Shown: positions 36,726 to 50,470 of the stretch, one piece after another | How positions within the stretch are numbered: the stretch's first letter is position 1 | Layout: each line of letters begins with the position of its first letter | From: Sphyrna mokarran | Taxonomy: Eukaryota | Direction: 5' to 3' | Length of the DNA stretch: 64,000 nt | Assembly (NCBI GenBank): GCA_024679065.1 | Contig: JAGIQG010000001.1 | Span: 151,404,001-151,468,000 of the forward strand | The notes under the pieces: generated by a model | What the model was told of the DNA's origin: nothing | What the model saw: the letters and a program-made list of their open reading frames with translations, nothing else | The model's database searches: none | Position numbers and translations under genes: made by a program

Positions 36726-39455
36726 ACTTTCTGCATCATGTCTCCCTGCTTATACAAATCGCATCAGTATTTTAAGCTCAAGGACCTTGTCCAGTTTTTA
36801 GACACTGCCTCAATGAAAGAAAAAACTTGAAAATATTCATCTTACTTTCAGTTTTGGGGGTGGGAAAACTTACCAAGTCCAAGTTTTGAGCTTTCAGCCA
36901 GCTGTTTGAGGAGGGGAGCTTGAAATCTAATCAATTTGTCGTACCCCTCATTTTGATTTTCAAGAGTACCTTGAGCTACTGTTTACAGAAACGCATTCCT
37001 GCACAATATGCAAAAATTACACATTTGAATTTGGGATGCCTTACATTTCAATGAGGATTTCTCATACTTCTTAAAGAAGAAAATTTATTTTTTAGTCCAT
37101 TACCATAGTGCTTTTGCAGCCAGTTCCTCCTATTGTTAATTATTAATTATATATACCTATATCAGAGTACATAAATTTATTTCTGGGAAGTGTACAATTG
37201 AAATTACTTGGGTAGGGAGAGAATAAAATCTGGAAAGAAAATCTATTACATCCAAGATGATATAACCAAGATTGCAACATAATTGAATGAATAACTTAAT
37301 TAACAGTGTGTTGAAAATGGTTGTGCATCATCCTGGATGCAGAGTGTTTTAGGTTTAAAGCAGTTGGTTATATAGTTATTGACAATTTAATGGAGATTGT
37401 TACAGAATGACTTGCATAGATGGTATGGTTTGGGCTTGAATGAAAGTAAAACTGAAGAAGATTGTGCAGTTTTTTAAAAATGGTCTTCTGAATCACTAAT
37501 ATCTTGCACTGCTTTAAGTTATCTGCAACTTATTATGCAGATAAAGATAAAATAACAAATTATTCTCACTTCAGGAGGTACTGGTGGGGTCTGGTTTTGT
37601 TTCATTATTTTATGCTTATAGTGTGCTTTCAGTAAAGCACTACAATTGATTTGTAATTTTTTAATGCCATTATATTGTTGTAAAATGTTAATTTTTGTGG
37701 AAAATTCACAAAAAAACTTAAGTGCTCATTTGCTGAAGTGATTTTGTTTAATTTTGCTCTTGGGAATTATTAAGACTGTCATTTATTTTAAATTATACTT
37801 AGCAAAAGGTGGGTGGGTTGCTGGTTTATTTCGGAAGGTTGTATTCACGTTTGTGAAAATTACTGGAAAAAGTTCAATCAGACACATTTATTCTATTTAA
37901 ATATATGCTACTAAGAGTAGTATCCTAATGCAACCAGTGAAAACAATCTATTGGTCTTCCTATCTGTTCAGACTTGAATGTAGGAAAGTCTGGGCAGTAA
38001 CATGAATTACTGCTGGTAATCAGAGGGCTAGAAAGAACAGTAGCAGTGTGGAATCCACATAACTACCATTATAAATATGCTGCAGCTGTACATGATTTAA
38101 TTTGCTGAAATAACATGCATATAATACCTTAATGTATAATCCAGGCTTAAACTCAACTGAACGAAGCAATTGTAAAATACTTGGATGAAAGATTGTATAT
38201 ACCATTTAAAGTAATCAGTTTAGAATATTTACCCTAATTTTTTCATCTAATGAAATAAGTGTGCATATCTAGCATTAGCGTGTGTAATTTGTGGCAATCT
38301 TCTCAACTTTTATAAAAATGCATATAAAAACATACAAAATCAATCAGAAAATGTAACTGGTTGCACTGTGATTCTTTGGAGACTCATCTTGCTAGGGGAA
38401 AACTTGACTCTCACTATGGTGGCTATTGTGTGCCAAGTTTTAAAATTCTTAAATGAATGTACCACCCTTGCATTATGTATTTAAATTGAATTTTACGATT
38501 GTCATAAGTTTTTGGTCTCATTGTTCATGTGACCTGTTTCTTACGCATCTGCCAAAATGGTTTCTGCGCTAGACACAGGTAGGTATGGAAAATCTGACTT
38601 GTGTGCCATGGTTTCTGATTTTTTTTTTGTTGTTCTGTGGGAGAGTGCCTTGCCTCTGTTACTGTGCTAACAAAAGTTGTAGGTTTCAAAAACTCTTTCT
38701 GCTCAGTATATGGAATCTGAAAAACTGTAGCATTTCAAATTTATTTAACTACAGAAATTACAATGTTCTTCATAACTATATAGGACTGGATAACTCTCCA
38801 GTATAATATTTTGTATTCCTGTTGGTTTAAAATGAGATGAATTGTGTATATATTGTGATTTCTGGTATTTAAATGAAAAGATCAGAGGTGGAAGAGCAAT
38901 GTATACAATCCGGCAAAAAAAATTGCTCAGTGTTTAATCACTTAAATTTATCAAGGTACTGTAATTTATCAATGTAAGCATGTACCTCTGAGCAGTTAAA
39001 GCTAAATGTATACATTTGTAAATACATTTGAACACATGACAAGTCATATACATGATATAATGTATTTTTGCACCAGTTTTTATGTAACTAGCATTTTGCA
39101 AATTCATAATATTTGCAATGTCCATCTGGATCTGCACAAATCCACTGCACCAAGTTACTTTAACTTGAGTACAGTAAATTTACTTTACTCCTACCACTTA
39201 ATAGCTCCCACACATCTTACTTGAAAAATAATTGTATTTTGAAAATATCATCTATAGCATTGCTCTTGTCTGAGGTGTCCCAAGCTTTTGTCTTGATGGA
39301 TTGCACAGGCTATGTATGATTTTTTTATGATTCAAATCATCTTTAAATCTGTTATTAATTGGCATACAACTGAGTTGCCAATAAATCCTAAATTAAAACT
39401 GAACAATTAATTATCTTCCAATTGGATCCAATAAAATCCATTGTTTTCAAACCTC
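36726..39455 (+). other. LARP1B: Putative LARP1B 3'UTR
   Basis: AT-rich and free of the interspersed repeats seen everywhere else; ends at a cluster of poly(A) signals; true end inferred. Confidence 0.6.
39380..39435 (+). promoter_or_regulatory. Candidate polyadenylation signal cluster
   Basis: AATAAA 39380-39385, ATTAAA 39392-39397, AATAAA 39430-39435 followed by TTGTTTT; a proximal AATAAA also at 37222-37227. Confidence 0.5.
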
Positions 39456-40569
39456 CAAGCCCACAGAATTCAAACATGACAAACTAAAAATTAGTCAGCT
39501 GCTTCAAGAGTGAATTAGCAATGAATATTTTGGACATCCTGGGATTTTGTGACTGTTTCTACTCTTGCACTGTCTAAATGACATCAATGTGACATTAACC
39601 ATGCCTGATGCATTATCTGTTTTAAGAATAAGTTCAATTTCTGAATCTGATTTGAAATAGTCTGGAGGCTTCTAAAATTTAAGAAATGTTACTGAACCTC
39701 TGTTTTCGACTTCAAAATTTTATTTGACTTAATTACAATTGGGGAACACCTTCAAATTTTTAAAACACAGGTATAGCATTTTAAAGAGCAGGTATAACAC
39801 AACTTTTAAAAACTGGCTATTCTTGAGGCCCTATAATATATGCAAGCTCATATTGGGTTTATGACTAGTCATATTGCCAATTGACATTCTTTATGCAACT
39901 TCCACATTTTAAGTTGAGGTAGATTTCTCCAGTGTATTGGAGAAAGCAAGTGGGGATTCTAACTCCAATGCCAATATTGAATATTTTGAAAGGACAAAAT
40001 CTCAAAGCACTTCCATTTTCAAATAGAAGTGACTTAGTTACAAAATGCACCAATAATAGAATTTCTACCTGTCAGTTATTCAGTTGCAAATAGTCCAGGG
40101 ATGGCATGGTAGCACAGGAACATTGTTTCTATTCAAATAATCAAAATTGAGCAATTAATAAAGAATGTGTCTGACTCCCACCCATTCCCAGGATGCTCAC
40201 TCGTTCATCATCGCCCTGTTTGTGTGTGTCTGTGTCTGTTGATATGTGAGAATGAGGGCAAGTGAACATTTTGACACTGAGTGAAGCACACCTACTCACT
40301 CTGCTGTTGCTTCTCCAATCACAAACTGTTAGATGGCTCTGATACACATTGAATAGGAGTTGTTCCAGACAGAATCCTGCAGGTCACACTATCTGCTAAC
40401 CACTATGAAAAAATACCTAATTTCTGCTATTGTCCTCACTTTGTTTTTATCTGAAATTGCTACTCCTTCCTTAAGTTATATGCCTTATCTTCCTCCAATA
40501 GTGTCTTTTTTCACCAATTTTTATAAGCTTTCTGAAAGCTCAAGTCCACTGTGGTTTCTCCCTCAATCC

Positions 40570-40695
40570 ATGCCAATGCACTGGGAGGAAACAGAAGCAC
40601 CCAAAGGAAACCCACACAGACACTGCGAGAATATGCAAACTCCTCACAATCATCCAAGCCAGGAATAGAACCTGGCACTGAGAGGCAGCAGTACT
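40570..40695 (-). mobile_element. V-domain SINE fragment
   Basis: tgggaggaaacagaagcacccaaaggaaacccacacagacactgcgagaatatgcaaactcc = reverse V-domain; ccaagccaggaatagaacc = reverse B-box. Confidence 0.8.
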
Positions 40696-42724
40696 CTTTT
40701 CGAAGAACAGTATTAGGTTTATGAAGTAATATTAGTTTCTAAGATCCTTGTTAACTGCTTATGATGATTTTTCCATACATCTCAATGTTTAGTAGTTTCA
40801 TTCATTTTCCCTATCACAGATGTTAAATTGACCTGCTCAGCCATTGTGAATCAGCTCCATCTAACCTTTGAAAAAGTATTATTTAGCTACCCTGTAACAC
40901 ATTTAATCCTAATAGAACCATGTGGTATAATTTGTAGAATTTATTTCCCATTCTCTCAGCATACTTGTATTCTATGCCATAAATTCCAGCAATCTATCCT
41001 CCTATAGCTAATTAACTTTTGCTCATTAGAATGACTTGTCATTAGAAAGGGATACAGGTGACTGAGGACGCCAGTTTAGCATTGACAATAATGGAATGAT
41101 TTCATTCAGTTGCACCTGAGCTGACAGATGGATATTTAGTTGTAGTAGTGTTAGTGTCTTGTTTTTAAATAATTCATTATTGATTTGTTCACCCATATCC
41201 TCTTTTATATCTCAGATGAAGTACTGGACAAATATCCTACCAATTCCAGTTTATCATTTACTTATTCCGTCCTCAAGGATACGTACATTTTAACAATTCT
41301 GTTTTACAAAATACTTTTTCAGATCATTCATTACTTTTCCTCTTTCATTGGCATTTCTTAATTTATTTTTCTTGTATTCTATATTTTTATCTCTAAGTCA
41401 CATGCTTCCTCAAATTAGTCTATTGTTGCTTTGTTTTCATATTTAGAAACTTGAAGTCTTTATAAATGGTATATTTCCTTTTTAAAATAACATCCTAATC
41501 TAGTGCTGCTAATTTATCATTCCACATTCTCATCTAAACTTGCTTACAGATAAGCAAATATAGTCTTATTTGAATCAGAAGTCCTTTCGTACTTCTGATT
41601 TGGACTTTAAAACATTACAAAATAAAGTACTGAAGATCTGAAATACAAGCAGAAAATGCTGGAAATTTTCAGCACGTCAGGCAACATATGTGGAGAGTAC
41701 AGGGTGCTCCAAGCCCACAGACCTAAAATGTTAACCCCATGTCTGGTCATGTATCTTTAACTCGACTATCGGATCTTTTCTATTTACTCCTCTTTCCCAA
41801 TGAATGGGTGTGTATTTAAAATCTAGAACAATTTGTTTTCAATCTACCTAATTTGCCATTCTTAAATACCCCTTGTAATTCTGTGTGCATGTACAATTGT
41901 TCCTTAAGTTGTTGCTTTTTAACTTCTAACCCATCTCAACAGATTGAGTTAATAAAATTGGCAGAAAATTAATGATTAATACAAATCAGAGACTTTTCTG
42001 ACAAAAGAGAACTAAATGTTTCAAAGTCTGTATTTAGCCCACAATTTTAGTTCTAATTGCTAATTAACGTGATTTGAATTAGCCAGGAGATACTGAGCCA
42101 GAATCCTCCAGGTTTCAAACTCAGGTATTAATTAGATGCTATTTTCATGGAGCACTACATGTAGGCTCCATATGCCCATTTCCATTGAAGGAGTAGAGTG
42201 CATTGACTGGTATGTTGTGTTAATGGCCCAGAGACAGAAGAGAGGGCTCAGACCAGTAGTAGAGATCCTGGTGGAAGAGGGATATCCTTTTCATAGTTCC
42301 AGCACCAAGAGACTATAAAATAGTGGCAATCACTTCTGGTAGAGTTTGAAATATGTTACAAATACTGCGTTTGGCTCTAAATTGCTGGTTACCATTCAAA
42401 AAAAATAAGGATAAATACTAGCTCCAAAAATGCTGTGTATCCTCCTTAATAAATGCAAGAAATTAGCCCCTTTTTGAGACACTGGGTTATTGTTCCTAGT
42501 GCAAGCTTGGACTCCTTTAGCATGATGACATTAAGCTAATCCAATATTTCAGCTCTACCACATTAGAGTTGCATTTAGGCCAGACCAGGTAAGAATAGCA
42601 GAATTTCTATCCATAAAAGGCATTTATATCTCAGATTGTAAATTGTTATTTACAATAACAATGTTTCAGGAATATAAGTTGAAATTACAATCATGATCTT
42701 CATTGAATGGTGGAGCAGACACAA

Positions 42725-45030
42725 CAACAAAGAACAAAACAGCACAGGAAACAGGCCCTTCAGCCTAATGAGCCCATGTCGCCACCCCGCTGTTCTCACC
42801 TCTACCCGTGATCCCTACCAATGTTTATAGATCTATGGATTAAATAACCAAATTTGAGACCACTTAGGGAGATTTTGTTTTGCAAATTAGCCTAAGAGTA
42901 CATCTTTGGGATGTGGGAGGAAACTGGAGCACCTGGAGAAAACCCACGCAAGCATGGGGAGAATGTGCAAACTCCCACAGACACAGGCCTAAATCCATGC
43001 ATCTGCACAGCACAGCAATAGTCAGAGCTCTTGTGTTGCCCATCAAATGGTCCAGGTCAAGCATACACTAACAACGTGAAGCACTAGGATACTCTCAAAA
43101 AAAATCCAAGAGAAGCCCTCTCATGACCCATTGTGTGTATGCCCCTTGTTAGACAACAAGGTGGACCAAAGCACCTGTAGGATAAAAACAAGTACATCAA
43201 TATCATTGTCTATTTACACACTTCCCAGGGACTCCCAAGGCTCGTGATCCCTATTTTAAATCAGTTTTCTATACCCCTCCATTCCTGTTCTGTTCATGTA
43301 CCCATCTAAGTATTTCTTAAATAACTCCAGAGTACCTACCTCCACCACTTGGCAGTGCATTCCATATCCCCTCTGTGAAAAAACTCACTCTAACATCCAA
43401 ATTATACCTTACCCACCGCCCCCACCCCCAGCCTGAGCCCATGACCCCTTGTGCTATTCAAGTTCATTATAGGAAAAAGCTTAACCCTGTTCACTCTATC
43501 TATACCCCTCATAATCTTGTACACCTCTATTAGATCTCCTCTTTCTAAGGAAAACAGCCCCAATTTGCCTAACCTCTCCTCGTAACTCAGACCTTCCATA
43601 CCAGGCAGCATCATGGTACACCTCCTCTGCACTCTTTCCAGAGTCTCCACATTCTTCTGGTAGTAAGGCGACCAGAACTGGACACAGTATTCCAAATGAG
43701 GTCTAACCAATGTTTTATACAACTGCAACATTAAAGACCAGCTCTTGTACTCTAGACCTCTTCCTATAAAGGCTAGCGTACCATATGCTTTCTTCACAAC
43801 CTTCTCCACTTGCTCTGCCACCTTCAAAGATTTGTGCACCTGCACCCCCAGGTCTCTCTGCATTTCTATCTTCTTAGTAGGTCTACCCTTTATCATATAC
43901 CTCCCCCCTACATTCTTTCTCCCGAAATGCATCATCTCACATTTATCAGGATTGAATTCCATCTGCCATCTATCTGCCCAAGCTACCAACCTATCTATGT
44001 CCTGCTGCATCGCCTGACAATGCTCCTTGCTATCCACAAGTCCAGCCATCTTTGTATTTTCTGCAAACTTGCTGATCACTCCACTTACTCCCTCTTCCAA
44101 GTCATTTATATATAACAAATAGAAGAGGTCCCAGTACCGAACCCTGCAGCACACCACTAGTGACCAACCTCCAGCTAGAAAAACATCCTTCCACTATTAC
44201 TCTCTGTCTCCTATTACCAAGCCAGTTACTTATGCATCTAGCTACCTGTCCATGTATCCCATGAGCCTTGACATTTTCAACTAATCTCCTATGAGGGACT
44301 TTGTCAAACGCCTTACTGAAATCCACATAGACGACATCAACGGCTCGCCCTTCGTCGACTGTTTTCATCACCACCTAAAAAAATTCTACCAGATTTGTAA
44401 GGCAAGACCTCCCCTTAACAAAGCCATGCTGCATATCCCTAATCAGATCGCAATGCTCTTAAGTACCAGTACATCCTATCTCTAAGAATTCCCTCCAACA
44501 GCTTCCCTACCACTGATGTCAAACTCACTGGCCTATAATTTATCTCTACTACCCTTTTTAAACAACGATACAACATTAGCTATTCTCCAGTCCTCTGGGA
44601 TCTCACCTGTGTCCAAAGAAGAGATAAAGATTTGCATCAGAGGCCCAGCAATTTCACCTTGCACCTCCCTAAGCAGCCTGGGATAAATGCCATCAGGCCC
44701 TGGAGATTTATCAGTTTTAATGCTACCTAGAAGATCTAACACTTCCTCGGTATGGATATTTCCCTCAACTGGTCCACAGCTCCCTCAGAGACAGGAGTTG
44801 TCAACAAGCCCCTCTCCTTCGTGAATACCGATGTAAAGTATTCATTCAGGATCTCCACCATTCCCTCGGGCTCTAAGCACAGTTCCCCTCCTCTGTCCCT
44901 AAGAAGTTCAGTTTTCCCTCTAACCACCCTTTTGTTCCTAACATAGGAGTAAAAAGCCTTTGGATTTTCCTTAATCCTATCTGCCAAAACCATTTCATGC
45001 CCCCTTTTTGCCCTAAGGGACTGCTTTGTC
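42725..45030 (-). mobile_element. CR1 subfamily A, 5'-truncated, with composite 3'UTR
   Basis: ORFs 43402..44157, 44102..44374, 44533..44742, 44736..44993 ([35 protein letters not shown]); 3'UTR 42725-43260. Confidence 0.95.
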
Positions 45031-45312
45031 TGCTTCTAATTTGTATGTTCACGATCTGCTGTGGTGGGATACGAATCCTGGTCTTCAGCATTGTTCTGGG
45101 TCTCTGGATTATTAGTCTAGTCACAATACCTCTACTTTTTTAGTACAAAGCTATCTGAATTTTAATTTTTAAAAGTTTAAACATTAAATTAGACCAAACC
45201 CTATATATCTTGCAGTGTTATTTCCCATGTTCTGTACCATGTTCAATTCTCAAATTGAATTTTGGGAACTTTTTGTATATAAACGAAGTGCATGTATACT
45301 ATTCCTGTCAAT

Positions 45313-46287
45313 CATAGAACATAGAACATTACAGCGCAGAACAGGCCCTTCGGCCTTCGATGTAGCGCCGACCAATTAGGAAAAAGGAATGACCCTCTAA
45401 CCTAAACCATTCTCTTTTCGTCCATAAACTTATCTACTAATCTCTTAAATGCCACCAAACTTGACGCATCTGCAACTGCAGCAGGCAGGGCATTCCATAC
45501 CCTTACTACCCTCTGGGTAAAGAACCTACCTCTGACATCCGTCCTATAACTACCACCCCTTAATTTAAAGCTACGTCCTCTCGTGCTAGCTTTCTCCATC
45601 CTAGGAAAAAGGCTATCACTGTCCATCCTATCTAAACCTCTAATCATCTTATATGTTTTCAATAAAGTCTCCTCTTAGCTGCCTTCTTTCTAACAAAAAC
45701 AACCTCAAATCCCTCAGCCTCTCTTCATAAGACCTGCCCTCCATACCAGGCAACATCCTGGTAAACCTCCTCTGTACCTCTCCAATGCCTCCACATCTTT
45801 CTTATAATGTGGGGACCAGAACTGTACACAATACGCCAAGTGCGGCCGCACTAGAGTTTTGTACAGTTGCAACATGACGTTGCGGCTCCGAAATTCAATC
45901 CCCCTACCAATAAAAGCTAAGACTCCATATGCCTTCTTAACAACCTTATCGACTTGATTACCAACTTTCAGGGATCTATTAACATATACACCAAGATTCC
46001 TCTGTTCATCAACACTATTGAGAGTCCTACCATTAGCCCTATACTCTACACATTTGTTATTCCTGCAAAAGTGAATTACCTCACACTTTTCCACATTAAA
46101 CTCCATTTGCCACCTCTCGGCCCAGCTCTGCAACTTGTCCAAGTCTCTCTGCAAACTATAACACCCCTCTTCACTATCTACCACTCCTCCGACTTTGGTG
46201 TCATCCGCAAGTTTACTAATCCATCCTTCAGTACCCTCATCCAGATCACTTATAAAAATTACAAACAGCAGGGGCCCCAAAACAGAT
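45313..46287 (-). mobile_element. CR1 LINE with short conventional 3'UTR and (TTCTATG)n tail
   Basis: ORFs 45714..46280 and 45402..45662; tail ggccgaagggcctgttctgcgctgtaatgttctatgttctatg. Confidence 0.94.
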
Positions 46288-47260
46288 CATATGTGTAATT
46301 TACTGTTATAATATCTAGGGAAGCGTAAATTAAAATAATGATCTCCAAATGAATATATTCCTAACAAGGTTCCACTCTTTGTAGCTTTCATTTGAACACA
46401 TTTTATTTGAATTATCTTTAGTTCATGTTTAAAGGTAAGTTTCACTTTAAATTGCCAATACAATAAAGGTATATCTTGCACATCACTCACCATGTAAATG
46501 TGATGCAATGTAGTATACTGTGGAACTATGCAGCTTTTCTTTATTCATGCAGTATTGAGTTTCACGAATGTGATCATCATCAAGGTACACTGGTATAAAT
46601 TCTCTTGACTTCAGGTTAGGATAGTGCTGAAGTGGTAACCTTCCAGAGTTCGTTTTCATCTGACCACCCAATAACATCTGTCGAGGAGCGAGCCCCTTGT
46701 GGGGGGAGACATTAGGCTGAAGTGCATGAAACCAGAGGTTAAGTTTGAGACTAAAGGCCAAGTAGTAATACATTGCTTACACATGTGCATAGTTTATTCA
46801 TTACAATGATTAATTTACTTAGTCACTAAACTTAGTGGTTGCTAATCCCTTGAGATGCCACATTGGCATTAAGACTCAATGGGAGCAACTTCAAATTGAC
46901 ACAAAGAAAGATGGAGCAGTTCTTAGGTGGAAGTCCTTCAAGCCAGGTCCATTCAGGAATCAGAAAATTGGAGTACTTTGATCTGAATTTGGAAGTTGAG
47001 GCTCAATATGTTGGAACACTTGCAATATTTTTTCAAAGCAAATACAGTGGGGAAGGGCAAGTGGGGAGACAGAGAGAGGGGAAGAGGAGGGTTATGCTGC
47101 TAACAGCTTGCCTTACTGAAACCTAAAGAGCTTGTCCAAGCATCCCGGACTCAAACTTCTGAAGAAGTAGTGAATTGGTAATTGTGTAGAGATAGATATT
47201 CAACTCAAAGTTAGAGTTCCTGGGGAATAATAACAGCTTTCATGGCTACATTGAGGCACG

Positions 47261-47650
47261 TAAGAAGTCTCACAACATCAGGTTAAAGTCCAAGTTCATT
47301 TGGTAGCAAAAGCACTAGTTTTTGGAGTGCTGCCCCTTCATCGGGTAAGTGGGAGTTTTATTGGCAAATAGGGCATATAAAGACACAAACTCAATTTACA
47401 AAATAATCATTAGAATGCGAGTCTTTACAGGTAATCAAGTCTCAAAAATACAGACAATGTGAGTGGAGAGAGTGTTAAAGAGATGTGTATTGTCTCCAGA
47501 CAGAACAGTTAGTGAGATTTTGCAAGCCCAGACAAGTCATGGGCATTATAAATAGTGTGACATGAACCCAAGATCCTGGTTGAGGCTGTCTTTGTGTGCA
47601 GAACTTGGCTATTAGTCTGCCTAGTGATTCTCTGTTATGTGTTGAAGTTG
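47261..47650 (-). mobile_element. Penelope element 3' end (GIY-YIG C-terminus + pLTR with decayed hammerhead)
   Basis: RLIAKF..(GLNRDLGFM-like across a frameshift) in ORF 47475..47741; reverse ccgatgaaggggcagcactccaaaaactagtg. Confidence 0.8.
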
Positions 47651-48861
47651 TTAGAGCATGCAGAGTTTGATGAGCAAAAAAATACAGAGCGTAAGAGAGT
47701 GCAGAGATTTGGTCAAAAACCAAGATTTGTGAAAAGTGCAATCAGCGTGGGGGAAACTAACCCTACGAGAAGTGTAGGTTCAAGGAAACTGTGTAATACC
47801 CATAGCACAAAAGGTATGTGAGAAGCAAATGTAGGGGAAAGCAGGGCTAAGATTCTAGCTCAGTGCACATCATGGAGAGTAATTCTGAAGGAAGAGCTAA
47901 TAATAATATTAAGGAAGGCAAAGTAGCCCCTTTCTCAATCATACTGATGGTCAACAGTCATCATGCAAAAGGGCATATAGAGGAGTCTGCAGCACAGTTG
48001 TGGGAGAGCAAACAAGTGATATCTCAGGGAATGCCCAAAAGATTTGAAAAAAACACTGGCTGTGTGCATGGATGAGGCTATACAGATCTTGGGGAACAAT
48101 CTCTATGTTAGAGATAACAATCTGCCTTTAATTGTAGTTGCAGGCCGAGGATCAAGCTTGGTGGGTTGAGATTGGTTTCAGGAAATTAAACTGAATTGGC
48201 TAGAATTTTTTTAATTAATGAAGGGAGCCTAGATGAAAGCCTTAAAATACCAGAGGCTATTTTGAGATGAACTGGGCAAAATTCAAGTTGATGCTGAAGC
48301 TACACCAAAATTCTATTAAGTTAAATCTGTGCCTTATTGCATGAGAAGGTAAAGATGGAACCCAGACAAATAGAAGATTTGGGCATCACAAGATCTGTGC
48401 AATTTCTGAAATGAGCAGCTCTCATTATGCCAGTAGTCAAACCCAATAAGACCATGTTGATATGCAGAGATTACAAGGTAATAGTAAACCATGTAGCAAA
48501 ATTAGACAGGTACCCTATACCTAAAATAGAGGACTTATACACAAAGTTGGCTGGGGGTCTAACATGCATCAAGTTAGTCATGCATACTAACAGTTGAAAC
48601 TGGATGATGCTTCCAGAGAATTCATCACTACTGATTCACACAAGGGCCTGTACCAGTACGCCAGATTGCCATTTGGAATCTAGTTGGTTTGTACAACCTC
48701 TCAACACACAATGAAGAGTTTGAGTGCGATTCTCCCATTCCAACCTGCAAATTTTTTGGTGGGTTGGGTCAGGACATGCACATGTGCCAATTTGCAAGTT
48801 TCACGCGTGCGTTTCTGATTGTCAGCATGTCCTAGCAAGGGAAATCTGGCATGGTCAGGAT

Positions 48862-49204
48862 GTGAGGTAGAAATGCTGGTGTTGTTGGACTGAGGTAAAC
48901 ACAGTAAGAGGTCTCACAACACCAGGTTAGAGTCCAACCAGTTTTTTGATAGTAATTCCACAAGCTTTCGGGAACAGTGTTCATCAACTTGCATTGTCTG
49001 CATCTTTAAGACTTGAATTGCAGGTTAGCTGTAAAGACTTGCATTCTCATCAATATTCTGTAAACTGTGTGTGACTTTATATGCCCTCTCTGATCAGAAT
49101 CTTCCACGTACCTGACGAAGGAACACAGTTGCCGAAAGCTTGTGGGATTAGCATCAAATAAATTGGTTGGACTCTAACCTGGTGTTGTGAGACTTCTTAC
49201 TGTG
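48862..49204. mobile_element. Penelope remnant with inverted pLTR pair
   Basis: cacagtaagaggtctcacaacaccaggttagagtccaacca...caagctttcgg inverted as ccgaaagcttgtg...tggttggactctaacctggtgttgtgagacttcttactgtg. Confidence 0.88.
49109..49144 (+). ncRNA. Minimal type-I hammerhead ribozyme motif (Penelope-associated)
   Basis: TAC-CTGACGA-A-GGAAC ACA GTTGCC-GAAA-GCTT-GTG. Confidence 0.65.
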
Positions 49205-49987
49205 GTTGTGACTATGCAGGAAACTGGTGCAAACACCAGATAAGTAACTTTAATCTATTTTCAATATTATTTAAATGTCATTGTCAAGCCCGGAACTGAA
49301 TTCTCCTACCCCACCAGTACAAATTCACTCTGGTGTGGTTTAGAGTAGCTCCCCGTTTTTGGTGAACTTTCAGACACCCTACTGGAGTGAAGGGGCAGCA
49401 ATTGGGGTCCCCCAGGGAGTCAGGTGGGTGACACCCTAGGCATAGACACCCTGGCAATGCCCAAGGGACAAAGTGTCATGCCTGGCAGCATCTTGGCACT
49501 GGGCAATGCCAAGGGGCAGGGCCAAGACGGTGATTGTGCACTCACTCTAAATAGGTCACCTCATTCACATGAAAGCTACGCTTAACTCTCATTAGTTTAC
49601 CTCCAGCTTTCGGGTATCGTTTTGAAACCTCCAGGTTAGTTAGGTGCACCTGTTTTGTAGTTTTGCTGGGAGAGGTCCCATTGCCAGTCTGCATTCGGAT
49701 TGATCAGGACTGGAAGGAGGCCAACAAGCGGGGCTGGCTCAGGAGAATGGTCTGGTGAGGTTGGGGTCTACCTCCCATAGGGGTCAGCTAGGGTGAGATG
49801 ATCATCATTGCTGGGGGTGGGGGGATCAGTCGGGGCTGGCTAGGAATAGTTGTGAGGGCTGTGATTGGACAATGGGGGCAGGCGATGCAGGGGCAGCACT
49901 GCAGGGTTCCTAGGCTGGCCAGCAAACTGCAAACTGACAGTCCAGGGCCACTATGCGTGCACAGAGTTCTGGAACTGTCAGATTCAA

Positions 49988-50470
49988 AGAACAAAGAACA
50001 AAACAGCACGGGAAACAGGCCCTTCGGCCCAATGAACCCATGCCGCCACCCCAATGTTCCGACCTCTATCCGTGATCCCTATCAATGTTTATAGATCTAT
50101 GGATTAAATAACCAAATTTGAGACAATTTAGGGAGAATTTGTTTTGCCAATTAGCCTAAGAGCACATCTTTGGGATGTGGGAGGAAACCGGAGCTCCCGG
50201 AGAAAACCCACGCAAGCAGGGGGAGAATGCGCAAACTCCCACAGACACAGGCCCAAATCCATGTATCTGCACAGCACAGCGATAGTCACTGAGCTGTCGT
50301 GTTGCCCATCAAATGGTCCAGGTCAAGCATACACTAACAATGTGAAGCACTAGGATACTCTCGAAAAAGATCCAAGAGCAGCCCTCTCATGACCCATTGC
50401 GTGTATGCCCCTTGTTAGACAACAAGGTGGACCAAAGCACCTGTAGGATAAAAACAAATACATCAATATT
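49988..50470 (-). mobile_element. Solo composite 3'UTR of CR1 subfamily A (no ORF2 sequence)
   Basis: near-identical to 42725-43205; 5'-truncated just upstream of the structured domain. Confidence 0.93.
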
